64,000 bases of DNA from Lingula anatina. Its lineage: Eukaryota > Animalia > Brachiopoda. The position numbers and the translations under genes were made by a program. The stretch spans positions 5,394,001-5,458,000 of the forward strand of contig CM120645.1 of NCBI GenBank assembly GCA_051362555.1, written 5' to 3'. Positions 1 through 12,300 of the stretch are shown piece by piece. The notes beneath the pieces are model-generated. The model did not search any database. It saw only the letters and a program-made list of their open reading frames with translations, and was not told the DNA's origin. How positions within the stretch are numbered: position 1 is the first letter of the stretch; each line of letters starts with the position of its first letter.

Positions 1-788
1 TCTGTAAAAAATCTAACACTCGCCCTGTTAGAGGGTAGTTTCCCCTGCTTGATTCAAACCGTCCGTGTGAATTGTTTTCTTTCTTATCACGTTTTCCTAT
101 ACTGTAATTATTTTTTCGCCAATTTTAAATGATTTAATTAAAAGTCAAGAAAGTGCATCTTGTAACTGATTAATCTTGTACTGTTAATTAAGACGACAGT
201 GAAAATATACCATCCGTTATACATGCAAATATAATTTGGAAAAAAAATACGCATCTCAGAGAAGCCAAGAGGTTCTCGTTTTCAAAGCCAGCGTACTTTT
301 TGGCACAAGCTCGCTGTGCCAAATGTTTCGTCATAAATCAGTTCTAATAGACCTTGCAATTATAAAATTGGCCTCGCTGCACATATTATTTTAAGTGTCT
401 TGTGTGAGAGAGACAAAACATCAGAAACGTTAAGAACGGTTTTGAAATACAGGTAAGTCGACTCACAGTAATTTGTTGAACCCTTTCATAATACGATCCC
501 TGACAACCGCAGGGGAAAAAAGCCCGAGGCTCTACTTGTTTATGTCAAAATAAAATAACTGTACTTAATTCTACTATTTTTATTATCTAATCCAAGTAAC
601 CAAAATATGTTGCCAATGTTATCTGCCCGTTGAAGTGTGGCCTAAAACACATTTATTCGCAACACGATATATAATTAGGCTACATTCTAAACCATTTTAA
701 CTTAAAAAATTAATTCTAAACATGAAAGTGGAAACTTAATTAGGCCCACAATTCTAGCTATGTGCAACCTTTACATTCTCAGAATTAA

Positions 789-1205
789 AGCGACTCTCCT
801 CGCGTTTGAAAATTCTCAGTCATATTTATATGCAAAGCTTACATATTTCCCAATTCAGACATCAAAGGCAACAAAACGTCTCAAATAAAGGTATATCTGA
901 AACATACCTGGTGTCATTCTTATCTTCTCAGCCTCCATGTCAGCTTGCAACGGCTGTATTCTACATGGCACAGGACCGTGATACATGTACAAAACGCCGC
1001 GCCATTTTCTTGTGTGAAACGAGGCCATGAAGGTGAAGGTCAGAAAGGCTATGTTGTTTTATGGCTAGCCATTTAAAACTAAAAAATTAAATCAAAAATG
1101 GAATCAAAGCGCTGGTACAGGTCGAGCAAAATTAATATTCGTGAATAGGAGAAATTTGACCTTTACGTCAGCCAAATTAGTGGGAATATCTCACGGAGAG
1201 TCGCT
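789..1205. mobile_element. Non-autonomous DNA transposon (Kolobok-like MITE), 417 bp
   Basis: TTAA|AGCGACTCTCC ... GGAGAGTCGCT|TTAA: 11-bp perfect TIR, TTAA TSD, RR..YY termini. Confidence 0.7.
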
Positions 1206-1654
1206 TTAATGAGTGTGCCAAAGGTGCAGTAGGCAGAAAAAAAATGAATCTAAAAAGATTACTGTTATAACGAAAAATTACTAATAAATAAATAAAACTA
1301 TACTGAACAAAAACTTTTACAATGCGTATATCAGCTATGCAAGTCTATCACCTTTTGGTGCATGTAGTCAATTAGATTAGAATAAGAAAATAGTGTTTGG
1401 TCCCCAAACTTGTATGCTTCAGTCACTGCACAATATGAAAATATGGCATTTATGCGACTTTCAATCCCAATGAAAACCTTCCAAATGTAACAAATTCAGT
1501 ATGACTGTATTGTTACCATGTTAGCCACCAGCTATGATGTGAACATGTATTATATATTGTCAAAATTACAAGCACTGCAACATCAAAATAAACTGGTGGA
1601 TCCTGTATCTCAAGATTGAGGGTGGGGTTCCTCTCTCTTTTTCTCTCTCTCTTA

Positions 1655-1656
<2 letters not shown>

Positions 1657-1689
<33 letters not shown>
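1657..1689. repeat. (CA)n microsatellite
   Basis: Direct reading. Confidence 0.95.
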
Positions 1690-1691
<2 letters not shown>

Positions 1692-1857
1692 GAGATCCAG
1701 ATTTATTTTCTGACAGTCTTCCAAATCATCTTTGTTGTTCCATCCTCCATTTTTGACCATCTTATGACAGAAAAAAATTAGATACCTGTCAATATAAACT
1801 TGAAAAATCCCGACTGCCTTTAGGAAGACGCAGAAGACAGCTTCTGCCTGCCCCTGC

Positions 1858-1860
<3 letters not shown>

Positions 1861-1888
<28 letters not shown>
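1861..1888. repeat. (CA)n microsatellite
   Basis: Direct reading. Confidence 0.95.
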
Positions 1889-3193
1889 TTCCTTGCTCTA
1901 AATAAACTGAAACCAAGTGCATGTGACAACATCTAATATGTCCAGCTCTGATTGCATCATCTATGAGATTGTCTTCTACTACTGTGAGAGTCAGTCAAAT
2001 TGATGGCTTCCCTACGACACAATTAAAACTGTATTAGGTAACCCATCATTTTGGCTTTAATATCTTATATTGTGTAAGGTGAGAAATGCCATTGTGGTTT
2101 TAGCTCCAACAAATCCCCTTTAACTGCTATCATTTAATCAATGCATCAACCTAAATCATACTCTGTCAGAAAAGAGATATCACATAAACTTCTGCTTGAG
2201 AGTAACTCACATTTTTTGAGAAAAAAATCTCTATTGTACCTGTAAGGCTTCACTGAGTAAAAATCAGGTGATGTACACGAGCCCGTAGGTGGATAAAATA
2301 TTTGATTTTTTCAACCCACCAAGAAGATTATTAATGCAAGTAAGATTCTGCCTGAATAAGTTATATGTCAGTTTACTAGACTAATCTAGTTCAGTGTACT
2401 GTCATTAATGCATTTGATTCCCCCATCAACGTTAAAGGATTACCACGCAAATTCATTTTCTGACCCTTTTCAGATCTCATAAAATTCAGAGGACAATTCT
2501 AAGCGTCAGCTGATAAAGAGTTCATAAATATTATCCAACAGATCTGCTTAATACATTATTTTAACACATGATTTATCCTTAATATCACAGTCTCTTCCTT
2601 GCACCTGTCTTTTTCTGCACAGTATCAGTCTGACAGACTAAGCAACCAATATAAATTTATCAAAATTCATAAGGATACACATATTGGTAGTTATTCCCCA
2701 TTGCCTGTGGGCTACAGAATGGATTTTCTGTCTTAAACATCTTCAAAAACTGAGTATCTTGAACCAGTGCTTAGATCCTGTGAAATGTTATGTATGTAAT
2801 ATCTGTAGGTTCACAATCATTGTAAATTTCAACTAAAACAAAAAAAAAACAACATAATTACATAAATTTATCACAAACCATCCAATGTAATGTATTATTT
2901 ATCCAAAACTTGAAAGAAAGGAACTAATTTCAATTGTTTGATGACAGCCTTGGGACTATGTGAAGGTGTCTGATATGATCCACATATTTCAAACTTTGCG
3001 TTATGGAATTCGAAATGAAAAACTCTCCAAATGTGATATAGACACTTGTATAAAAGCGTGTTGTAAAATCTATATAAATAAATAAATAAATATTTCTATC
3101 CTAAAATAGGGTAATGAGTGATTGCTGTTCACCTAAGAGTCACTAATAAATAATTTCATTCTTCATCTTTAATCCCTTTATCCCTTAATCTCC

Positions 3194-3379
3194 TTAATCT
3201 CCCACATCGGCATCCTTGTCCCCCACACTGTACAGTATGAGGAAAGCCACAGCCAGGAGTCCTGTGCCCAGCAAGTCTCCCAGTGCTGTGAGGTACGGTA
3301 TGGCAAAGTTATCAGGATCGTCCCCGTTCTTCCACATGTAATGGACCATCCATATGGCTATGTACAACAAAATGGCAAC
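3194..3379 (-). CDS. SLC41A1: SLC41 coding exon 10 (terminal)
   Basis: CCCCAG|[61 protein letters not shown], 186 nt. Confidence 0.95.
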   Translation of the reverse strand, partial: VAILLYIAIWMVHYMWKNGDDPDNFAIPYLTALGDLLGTGLLAVAFLILYSVGDKDADVGD

Positions 3380-6300
3380 CTGGGGAAAACAGAAAATGAG
3401 TGATTATTATTATAAAGTATAGTATACAGTATAAGTGTTGTTGATTTTAAATGCAATTCCATCTCACCTAGCACAATGCAGTCGCACCTAACACAATCTG
3501 TAAAGTCCTTTTGTCACACACTCCCAACACAATGCAGTCACACCTAACACAATCTGAAAAGTCCTTTTGTCACACACTCCCAACACAATGTAGTCACACT
3601 TAACACAATCTATGAAGTCCATATCACATGCACTCCCAACACAATGCAGTCACACCTTACACAATCTGTAAAGTCCTTCTGTCACACACTCCCAACACAA
3701 TGCAGTCACACCTAACACAATCTGAAAAGTCCTTTTGTCACACACTCCCAACACAATGTAGTCACACTTAACACAATCTATGAAGTCCATATCACATGCA
3801 CTCCCAACACAATGCAGTCACACCTAACACAATCTGAAAAGTCCTTTTGTCACACACTCCCAACACAATGTAGTCACACCTAACACAATCTGTAAAGTCC
3901 TTCTGTCACACTCTCCCAACACAATGTAGTCACACCTAACACAATCTGTGAAGTCACCTTACAAAATTTACCTGCATAGTCAATATCTAACACTGCAGAA
4001 TACCTGATACATTTCACATAAAGTCTATCTCACCTGCATTATTGCAGCACAGCAGATACAATTAAGTTAAGTCAATACCTAACACACTATAAAACACCTG
4101 ACACATTCCATGAGACTGGCTTTCCTGCACACCTAACACAATTACACAATTGACCAAGGTCAATATCTCACCTGTATAATTGCAGCACTGAGATAGACCA
4201 GAGCAAATCTCCAGGTAATGGATGTGTGGCCAGCACTCATGAAAGCTATGGTGTAGATGAAGATCAGGTGTCCTGGAATCACCATTAATATCAGGACCCG
4301 AACCGTCTTTGGACTCATACCTGAAATATTTGACACTGAAATCATGGTCGGAGTCAAAATGTGAATATTCCAGGAGTGGCTGCATTTTTGTTTCTAAATT
4401 TCTATTTTGGCCTCAAAACTCGTTGCCACATATCGTGCACTAAATGTGATTAGCATTGCTTTTATTTCAGAATCTGAAATGAAAAAAAACTCATTTCCCA
4501 CCACTTCAATTTTATTTGAAAGTACACAATCCCTGCAATCCCTCTTTTGCCACAGCGATTTCCATTAAAATTTCCTGTCTCCCAGTTTGACATATGGGAG
4601 AGGCATAGCAATACACCACACAGACCCATAGAATTAGCCATAACAGCAAAATACATGTACCTAGTACCAGCAACATAGTGCCTTCCAAGGACTGATTATG
4701 ATGCCTTGAAATACATATGTTGCAAACTTGAATAATATTTGTCATCATAAAACATACTGAAAATGTGTTGTATTCCAAATTTAATTGGCTGCATGTACTG
4801 TGAATACCAAATGGTGACACCAGTATTCCTGACCATATGACACCATGAAAACAACCATAATCATGCCATATACTGAACAAATAAAGAAACATTCAAAGTC
4901 CATGTGAAAAACTGAGTATCTTTTCTTCCTTTTTTTCTAGCAAAAAAAAAAAGTTAAAATATCTGTAAAATTCAGGCCTGTGAGCCACACGGTTTTGCAG
5001 AGAAGAATCCAATTTTGAAATAATTGGCTACAGGCCAGAAATACCTTACAGCCAATGTCCATAAAGTCTGCCAGTAACCCCTGTTAATATCACATATTAT
5101 TGTCATAATTACCCCTTAAACCTCTGACTGCGTGAAATAAAAGAACTTTATTTAGCACCATCAACTACGATGCTGGGCGAGGGCATCGACCCTCTGGTTC
5201 ACATTTACTGAATGTTCACCTTTACTATTGGTCCACCCACATATGCTGTCGCCGTTAATGGAAACAACAGAGGAATACTGTTAACTGAGATTAGCTGCCA
5301 GTAATCTCTGAAACTCCATGAGTGTAGAGTTTATTCACTCATATAATCTTAAAGGTATTCTTTGTGAGACTTTTTCAATGCTGAAGCTAATTTTCTTACA
5401 GAAAAGAAGCAATTTTCTCCTTCTTGCGAATCATTGTTCGATCAGTCCCTGCACTGGGGTTCAATGTTTTGTACAATTTCTAACAAAGTCATTTAGATCT
5501 AAACAAAGCATGAATCATTTAAACTGATGTTTTTCTGACGCTTCAGAAAAAAAAATTACATCAAGTTTTTTCTTCCTAAAAAAAGGGGGATTTTATCTCT
5601 CTTAAAAGTCTGAATTGCGACAGATAAGTAGCACTGCAGGATATTGAAACATTAAGATACTGAACAGTAACATTATCTACGTCTCCAAACTACTGGGGCT
5701 ACATGAAAAACAATGGCTCATAGTTTTGATCAGCCTGGAGTTTATGACCGCATTCAAATAAAGCCATCATACTAGCTGGATCGCTCTAACTCTGCGTCTG
5801 TGGGTGTTTTTCGCTAAAGTAACATCAGTGTAGTCAGCTTGTCTAACATTCCTCTTAGAGTGAAAGAGCTTCCAAGAGCTGAGAGTACATGGCAGTTAAT
5901 TACCAAATTGCTGGTGGAGGAGGTGCGTCAGACAATTAAGCTGATTATTCGACTAGAATCCCTGCAAAGTTGGATAAATCAAGGTAGTGTAATGGGTTTA
6001 TGTGAATGCTCCCTATTATGGTCTTAAGCAGGGACAGACATCTTCCTATTGATAGCTAATACATTTTGGGCACTAATTTTAATCAGGTTTCTATCTGTTA
6101 TCACAATGGGATGTAATGTTTGATAATCTCTGGATAATCCATAAAGTAAACCTGGTTTCATCCAGTAGAAAAAAATATGTTCCATTTCAAAAACATGCAA
6201 AAACAGGATTTGTGTTGGTAAACTAAAAAGGGAAATAAAAGCCCAAAAATGGTTATTTAACACAAAGGATCCACGCATACCTTTTCCAAAGAAAACGGAG

Positions 6301-9300
6301 AAGGGGTTTGCACACCCCCTGGGTGACCCCTCTGGCAAACGTCCTGGCACGCTGACTTTATGAAGAGCTGTAGAAAGACGACTGGCTTGGACAGCTACTA
6401 GATTTCCACCAACACCTGAAGACAGAAATGTGTTGTTAATAAGATTGTTTATGGTTCCATGGAATTGCTTTTACTGATGTTTTAGTGATAGTAATCACTT
6501 ACTGTACTTTGGAACAAAAATACTATTGGGTCACTCTGCCAATTACTTCCCCGAGTGAGAATCAATCACAGGTCCACCAACACCCAACAACCTAAAGGGA
6601 TTCAGCTTGATTATACTCTTGTCACAAGAGCAAACAAAGCTTCTTTACAGCTGTTTAAAACCTAATTTAAATCTAAACTCATAGAAACTGGTGCATAAAG
6701 AGGACAGACTACAGGAGTACATTTCCTTGCACAAAATTACCAAATATGGATAGACATCAGCCCTTCCCAGTGAATTTTCCAAATTAATTAATGCATGTCT
6801 TCTTTAAATTGATTTTGATATGAACTATAAAGAAGACTGAACAAATTAAATCTTTGATATTAATAAATAGCCAATAGAACTTTGCTTCATTTTTCTACAA
6901 AAAGTTGGTAAATTTCTCATAATGCAAGCCAGGTCCTTCCATTCAATATTATAGAGGTACATAATTATATTAAACATTTTTATATTTGATTAAAAATGAA
7001 ACCCTTTGTATTTATATACAGACTGCTTTATAATAGAAATTACAGCTTTCTACCAATCTGACAATGACCCCACAGACATGAGAGTTTTTCATTTAAAAAA
7101 CACATTCCTTATTTCAAAAGATCAAAAACAAATGGATAAAGATGAGACTCAGATCAACCTTACTTCAAGCTTGCTTAAATGATAATTCTCCACATACGTA
7201 TTTGAGCTCTGTTCAGTTTGCCTTTGATTTTATCAAAATAATTCACTGCTGCAGACAGCCAGTCTGACATTTTCTCCCACCATGATGATAATTTGCCACT
7301 GAAAGTAGCATTTTTTTTGGGGGGGGGGGGGGAGAGGATAAAAGTAATTTTTAGTTAAAATACATGTTACCGTTCCTCTTCGTGTAATGACCACAGAAAA
7401 CCTGACAGAAATTGGTCAGATCAATGTCTGAATATATTTTTCTTCTCTGGTTTACTGTGTACACCATTCCAACAAATTGCCAATTGCAATAAACAGGCTA
7501 CTGAATTAGTAACTGATACCCATTTGCATGCCTGATTTTCATCAATTCTGAGATAAGTGACAAAAGTTTCATTTTCCTGAAACCATATATCAAGTCGAAG
7601 CAAATTCTCATCAAAGATATCACGCAATGTCAAGACCCTAAATACAGTGGCATGCTTTTTCATCCTATTTTCTATAAACAATAACCATCATTGGAAATAG
7701 ATCACAGTCCCAAAATATAAATCCTTCCACTCAAAAACCTATCCCTGACAAATGATAGGCCAAAGAAGTTATGGATGATGACAAAAAACAATTCCATTTT
7801 TTTCCTTTGACGTTGGTCACGATATTAATCACCTTTTCTCTATTCCGGCAGCAATACATGGCTGTGAGTGCATCCACTGACCCCTGTCACAGATTTCTTT
7901 TTGGTTCAATATCCGCTGAATTGATTCTCTGATCACTGATTAGAGACCTCATTCATCACTGAGAACCCATATGTAACACAACAGGACCAAAGTACGGAAC
8001 TGCCAAGGTCTTTAAACTCTTTATGAACCCACTGTTTCACCATACATAGACTTACTTCTCTCTACCATCATCTTTGCTCTTAGCTCCATTTATCACAAAA
8101 TGTGTGAAAACTTTTATTTGGTGTCTAAAATCAGTTGGCTTATCAATGGTACATTAATGTACACAGTTATGCCAAAATTAGTTCACTGCAAGTAGTCTTA
8201 GGTCGGACAAATTTGAAAATCAGCTAAAAGGGACTGATTGCAAAATACGGATCTCATAAAGAGTTGTTATGATCTCTTTAAAGTTTTGACCATAAAATAC
8301 TCTCTTTCATCAAACAAATGATTTTCTGAAAAAAAGGAACCATGAACAGTGAGGAACAAAAGCCTTCATTAAGTCTAAAAACTACACATTTTCATGTCAA
8401 GGACACAAAACCAAAACAATGAGGAAATGTCTTATTTTCAATAGTTAGCATTTAGGCTTCACAATATCTCCAAGGTATATATTCATTCCACAGATGACGT
8501 TAAATCTTGTTGTTGTTTATTTGAATGACTTTTGACAAATCAATGACTGTGGGCATCACAGTAATGTTTTCCATGGGGTATCATTTATTAAATCTGGCGA
8601 CTGAGTAAAATGATATCTTGGACCCCATTCCCATAGTAACCATTGATCTACATAGAACGATCCAACTCTGCAAAAACTCTTGCTGAATGCAATCAGTTTA
8701 ATTGAATGGCACGTCACCTCCTGGTGTTGAGTAGAATACAGAAAAGCTGGTGAAGATAGGTCCTGGAGTAGATTAGAAACAAGAGGAGGCATGTCATTCA
8801 GTTAAACTGGATGCACAGAGAAAGAGTTAAGGCAGAGTTTGATCGATCTACATAGATCTATGTTGTCTATGGAAATGGGGCCTTACGGATAATGGGGTTC
8901 TCTGCATGTGGGTGTGTTTGTCAGACAATGTTTTAAGCTTGATAACCTGTACATGCTTGACTGAATGTCTCAAATGACTTAACAAGTTGCAAAATGTCAA
9001 AATAAGATATGGCGAAGTACAGATGGAAGAGAAGCTGCAAGCAAATACTACGGCAGTGCCTTTATTTGTTTATTCATTTTTTTTAATGAAAAAGTTTTAT
9101 GCTCAATTAGGTGGACTACTTCTGTTTTATCCTAGGCCAAAATGAAGTAAAGTTTATTCTTCAAGATAAAACCAACTTCTGGTTGTGAAACAGGCCCTTG
9201 AGAGAAAATGTTTCCTAAAGGATTATTTCAACACACTGTAGACAGCTTTTATAAAAGAAATAAAACATCTAAACAAATATGTGCATATTTATTGACGGAA

Positions 9301-12300
9301 ACACTTAATTACCGTTTATCACAGGTTGGAACACAGCAATTCCGTGGAAATTTGACACAGCAAAATCCAACACCAGCCCTCCCACACTGAAACACACATA
9401 AAAAGAAAATATATCAATATTATATTAAAACATGCAAACATTAAAAAGTATAAGATACACACAATATTTATCCAAAAATCAACCAGTGGTACTTAAATAG
9501 GTATCTATCAGTATCAGGTAAAAATGTTTTATTAAAAACTAGTGTATAGAGGTATAACATTAATTTACAATATAAAGCATGCAGGTTTGTATTATTATTA
9601 TTATTATTGTTATTTTTATTATTATAGTTTATTGTATTTTTAATATTTTATTAATGCCTTGTCAGTATTACTGAGACAAATTACAACAATTAATAATAAA
9701 AAAAAATGTGATAAAAGTAGCTCAAATTCTCTAGTCAAATTAGAAAGATGAAATGGTAATCTTGAGTACGTATGTTATTCATCATTTCTTTGTTTTATAG
9801 TAATATACCAGAGCCCCAAAGTAAATTAATTACTCTTGATGAAAGATCCTGTTATTGATTTTATAATCAAAACAATAAGTATAATGGGCAAACACTGTTG
9901 GGCAGCACAGCAAATCAAATTATTAGTCAAAGTGGATGAGGAACAGGAAGTTTCTAATCAAAAACAAATGACCTATTATTTAAAGCAGAGATGATATTAT
10001 ATAACTCCAGTTTACAGGGTTCCAAATGATTTTGTTTGGGTTATACGTGAAAATAAATAAGAGTGGTGCAACCATTATCTCAACGAATTTATTCCTTCCT
10101 TCAGTCATAAGTAGGTTTGTGCAGACACAGAATAAATTATAGATCAATTGTTTTTAATCATTGGTGAAGGAAAAATAACTTCATTAAAATTCTTAAAATC
10201 TCCCAATTTTCAATCGCTGGCTTTAAACTATGTGAACATACCTCCACTAAAAATTAACAAGGAAGCAATAGCACGAATAGATATGCTTTATCTTCTTTTA
10301 TTTCCAAGCTTTTGTTTCATTTTTACAATCCCCATGTCTCAGCAAAAAAGTAGATGTATCCCTATTGACCCACATGCATGACCCTTGGACCATCTAGCAA
10401 AAATGGAATTTCCTGGAACTTTCAACACTATTCTCTCGAACACTAAAGATTACCCTAACAGCTATCCAAAACTGTTTACAAAATTATATACAATAAACAA
10501 TTTTTGTTATTTTTCAATTTTAAGTTTTTAAAGTAAAGGAAACTGGAGAATGTCACTCGTTGCTTTAAATATAAGAAAATAAGTGCTCAAAATTTGGTTC
10601 ATAGATTGTAATTTCTGCTACAGTTTGGATAGGGTATACTTTGAAGATAAAGAAGAAAATAGCTGAAATTTCTAAGAAAATCATAAATTATTTATGTATT
10701 ATTCTTTTTTATGATTTGATTTTATTTCATTCAATAATTCATTCATTTTTGGTTACAATACCTGGTCTTTTTATAGATCTTTTACCCGCAAAAGCTTAGA
10801 GTCTGAGATTCAAACCATGTACAAGTACTCTCCCACCACTTATCTAGCTATCTATAACATGCGTCCTGAATACACCTACTGCGCCTTCAGTTCTAAGAAT
10901 ATCATAACTCTGGTTAGCATTCTTTTTCTTTTTTATTTAATGTTGTTCAAAGATACCTGACCTATTGATGAAAACTGAGAAGTTTGTTTTCTATAAAAAG
11001 CTTGATTTCCTGAAATCAATTTCTTCTTTTATTTCTTTTTCTTTTGTTTTCTTTTGTGACAGATATCAATTTATGAATAGATCTACATACAGTGACATGT
11101 TGACATACAGCTGCGTCAACGTCTGGTGGTTTGACCAAGTAAACAGCTTTCAGTGCAATCAAAATCACCATCTATCATCGAGGAGTTCGTTTGGTTTAAA
11201 CTGTTGAATGATTGGGCTATCAAAGAGACCAAATAAGTAACAGAACAATCTCCGAGTTACATGCATAAAATGGTTTTTCCACTGAAAATGGTGCAATGTT
11301 TCACACGTGATTGATAAAAAAGACAGGAAAATCAAACCAAGTCACTTTCATGGAGCAATTAACATGATGAGTCAAAGTGGGCTCACCAAATTTCCTTCAA
11401 TTTTCTGATAATTTAAAAAATTGGTTGTCACAGCTAATTGCATCGCACTATATGGAACTGAAATCACAATCTCATAATCCAGCTAAAAAAAAAAGAATAG
11501 AAAAAAACCAATACCCGAGAGGCAATCTACCATAAAGAAATTAAATGACTAGATCTTATTCCATGTAATGGTGTTATTTGTCTCCTTGAAAATGATGAAC
11601 AGCTATTACACAATGATTGCATAGAAGGATGTACTTTTATAGTGGAATTCATCGAAAAGGCAAATTTAAATTGATCCAAGATTCCAGGAAATCATTTGGG
11701 CTTTGTGTTTAATAAGTCTGCAGATACTCCTTTTCAATGACAAGTGGTACAAAAAAAGTCCTGTGTTTAATTCCACCATAGTGATTAAACATATCTGCAA
11801 TGATGTGAATTTCCTTTGTCTGACTGATATCAAATGGGTGTCTCACATTTCTAACAAAATGGCTATTTTAAAAGAGGACAAGTGGTAAAAAACAGATTAT
11901 CTCAAAATTCCATCAGACTAATTGCTGTACATTTATATCTAATGCCAGTTTATTTTTGCTACTCAAGGTCTTTTCTTAACTAGATAATGCCAATACTTTT
12001 ATTGCAAATTTCCCTTCTGCACTAAAAACAAAGCAATTTAAATCATTTATTTAATCATTTGTTTTGTACCCAATTCACTAATGACTGAATCATTATTACA
12101 CCTACATTAATATCTCTATTAATCCACTATTTGAAAAGCTAAAAGAAAAATGAGGAGCCTTAAAAAATTCATGAAAAAAAAACACTTTCAACAGAAAAAA
12201 AAACTTGGGCATGAATTCTGAGAGAGGAATGCCAGGGGGTGCCTAGGCTCATAGTTGACTATTAACATATATATTAAATCTTCACATTACCTAACATGCT

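Noticed and set aside
1566-1922. 118-aa ORF with CVCV runs; similar ORFs at 38990-39260, 49496-49885 and 63446-63655
   Set aside because: Frames are held open by microsatellites; no protein signal.
3463-3960. Regularly spaced repeat array resembling CRISPR
   Set aside because: No unique spacers, no cas genes, and it lies in a eukaryotic intron; it is a minisatellite.
8841-8870. CATAGATCTATG palindrome as another P-like footprint
   Set aside because: No flanking TSD; it is part of the MITE subterminal repeat.
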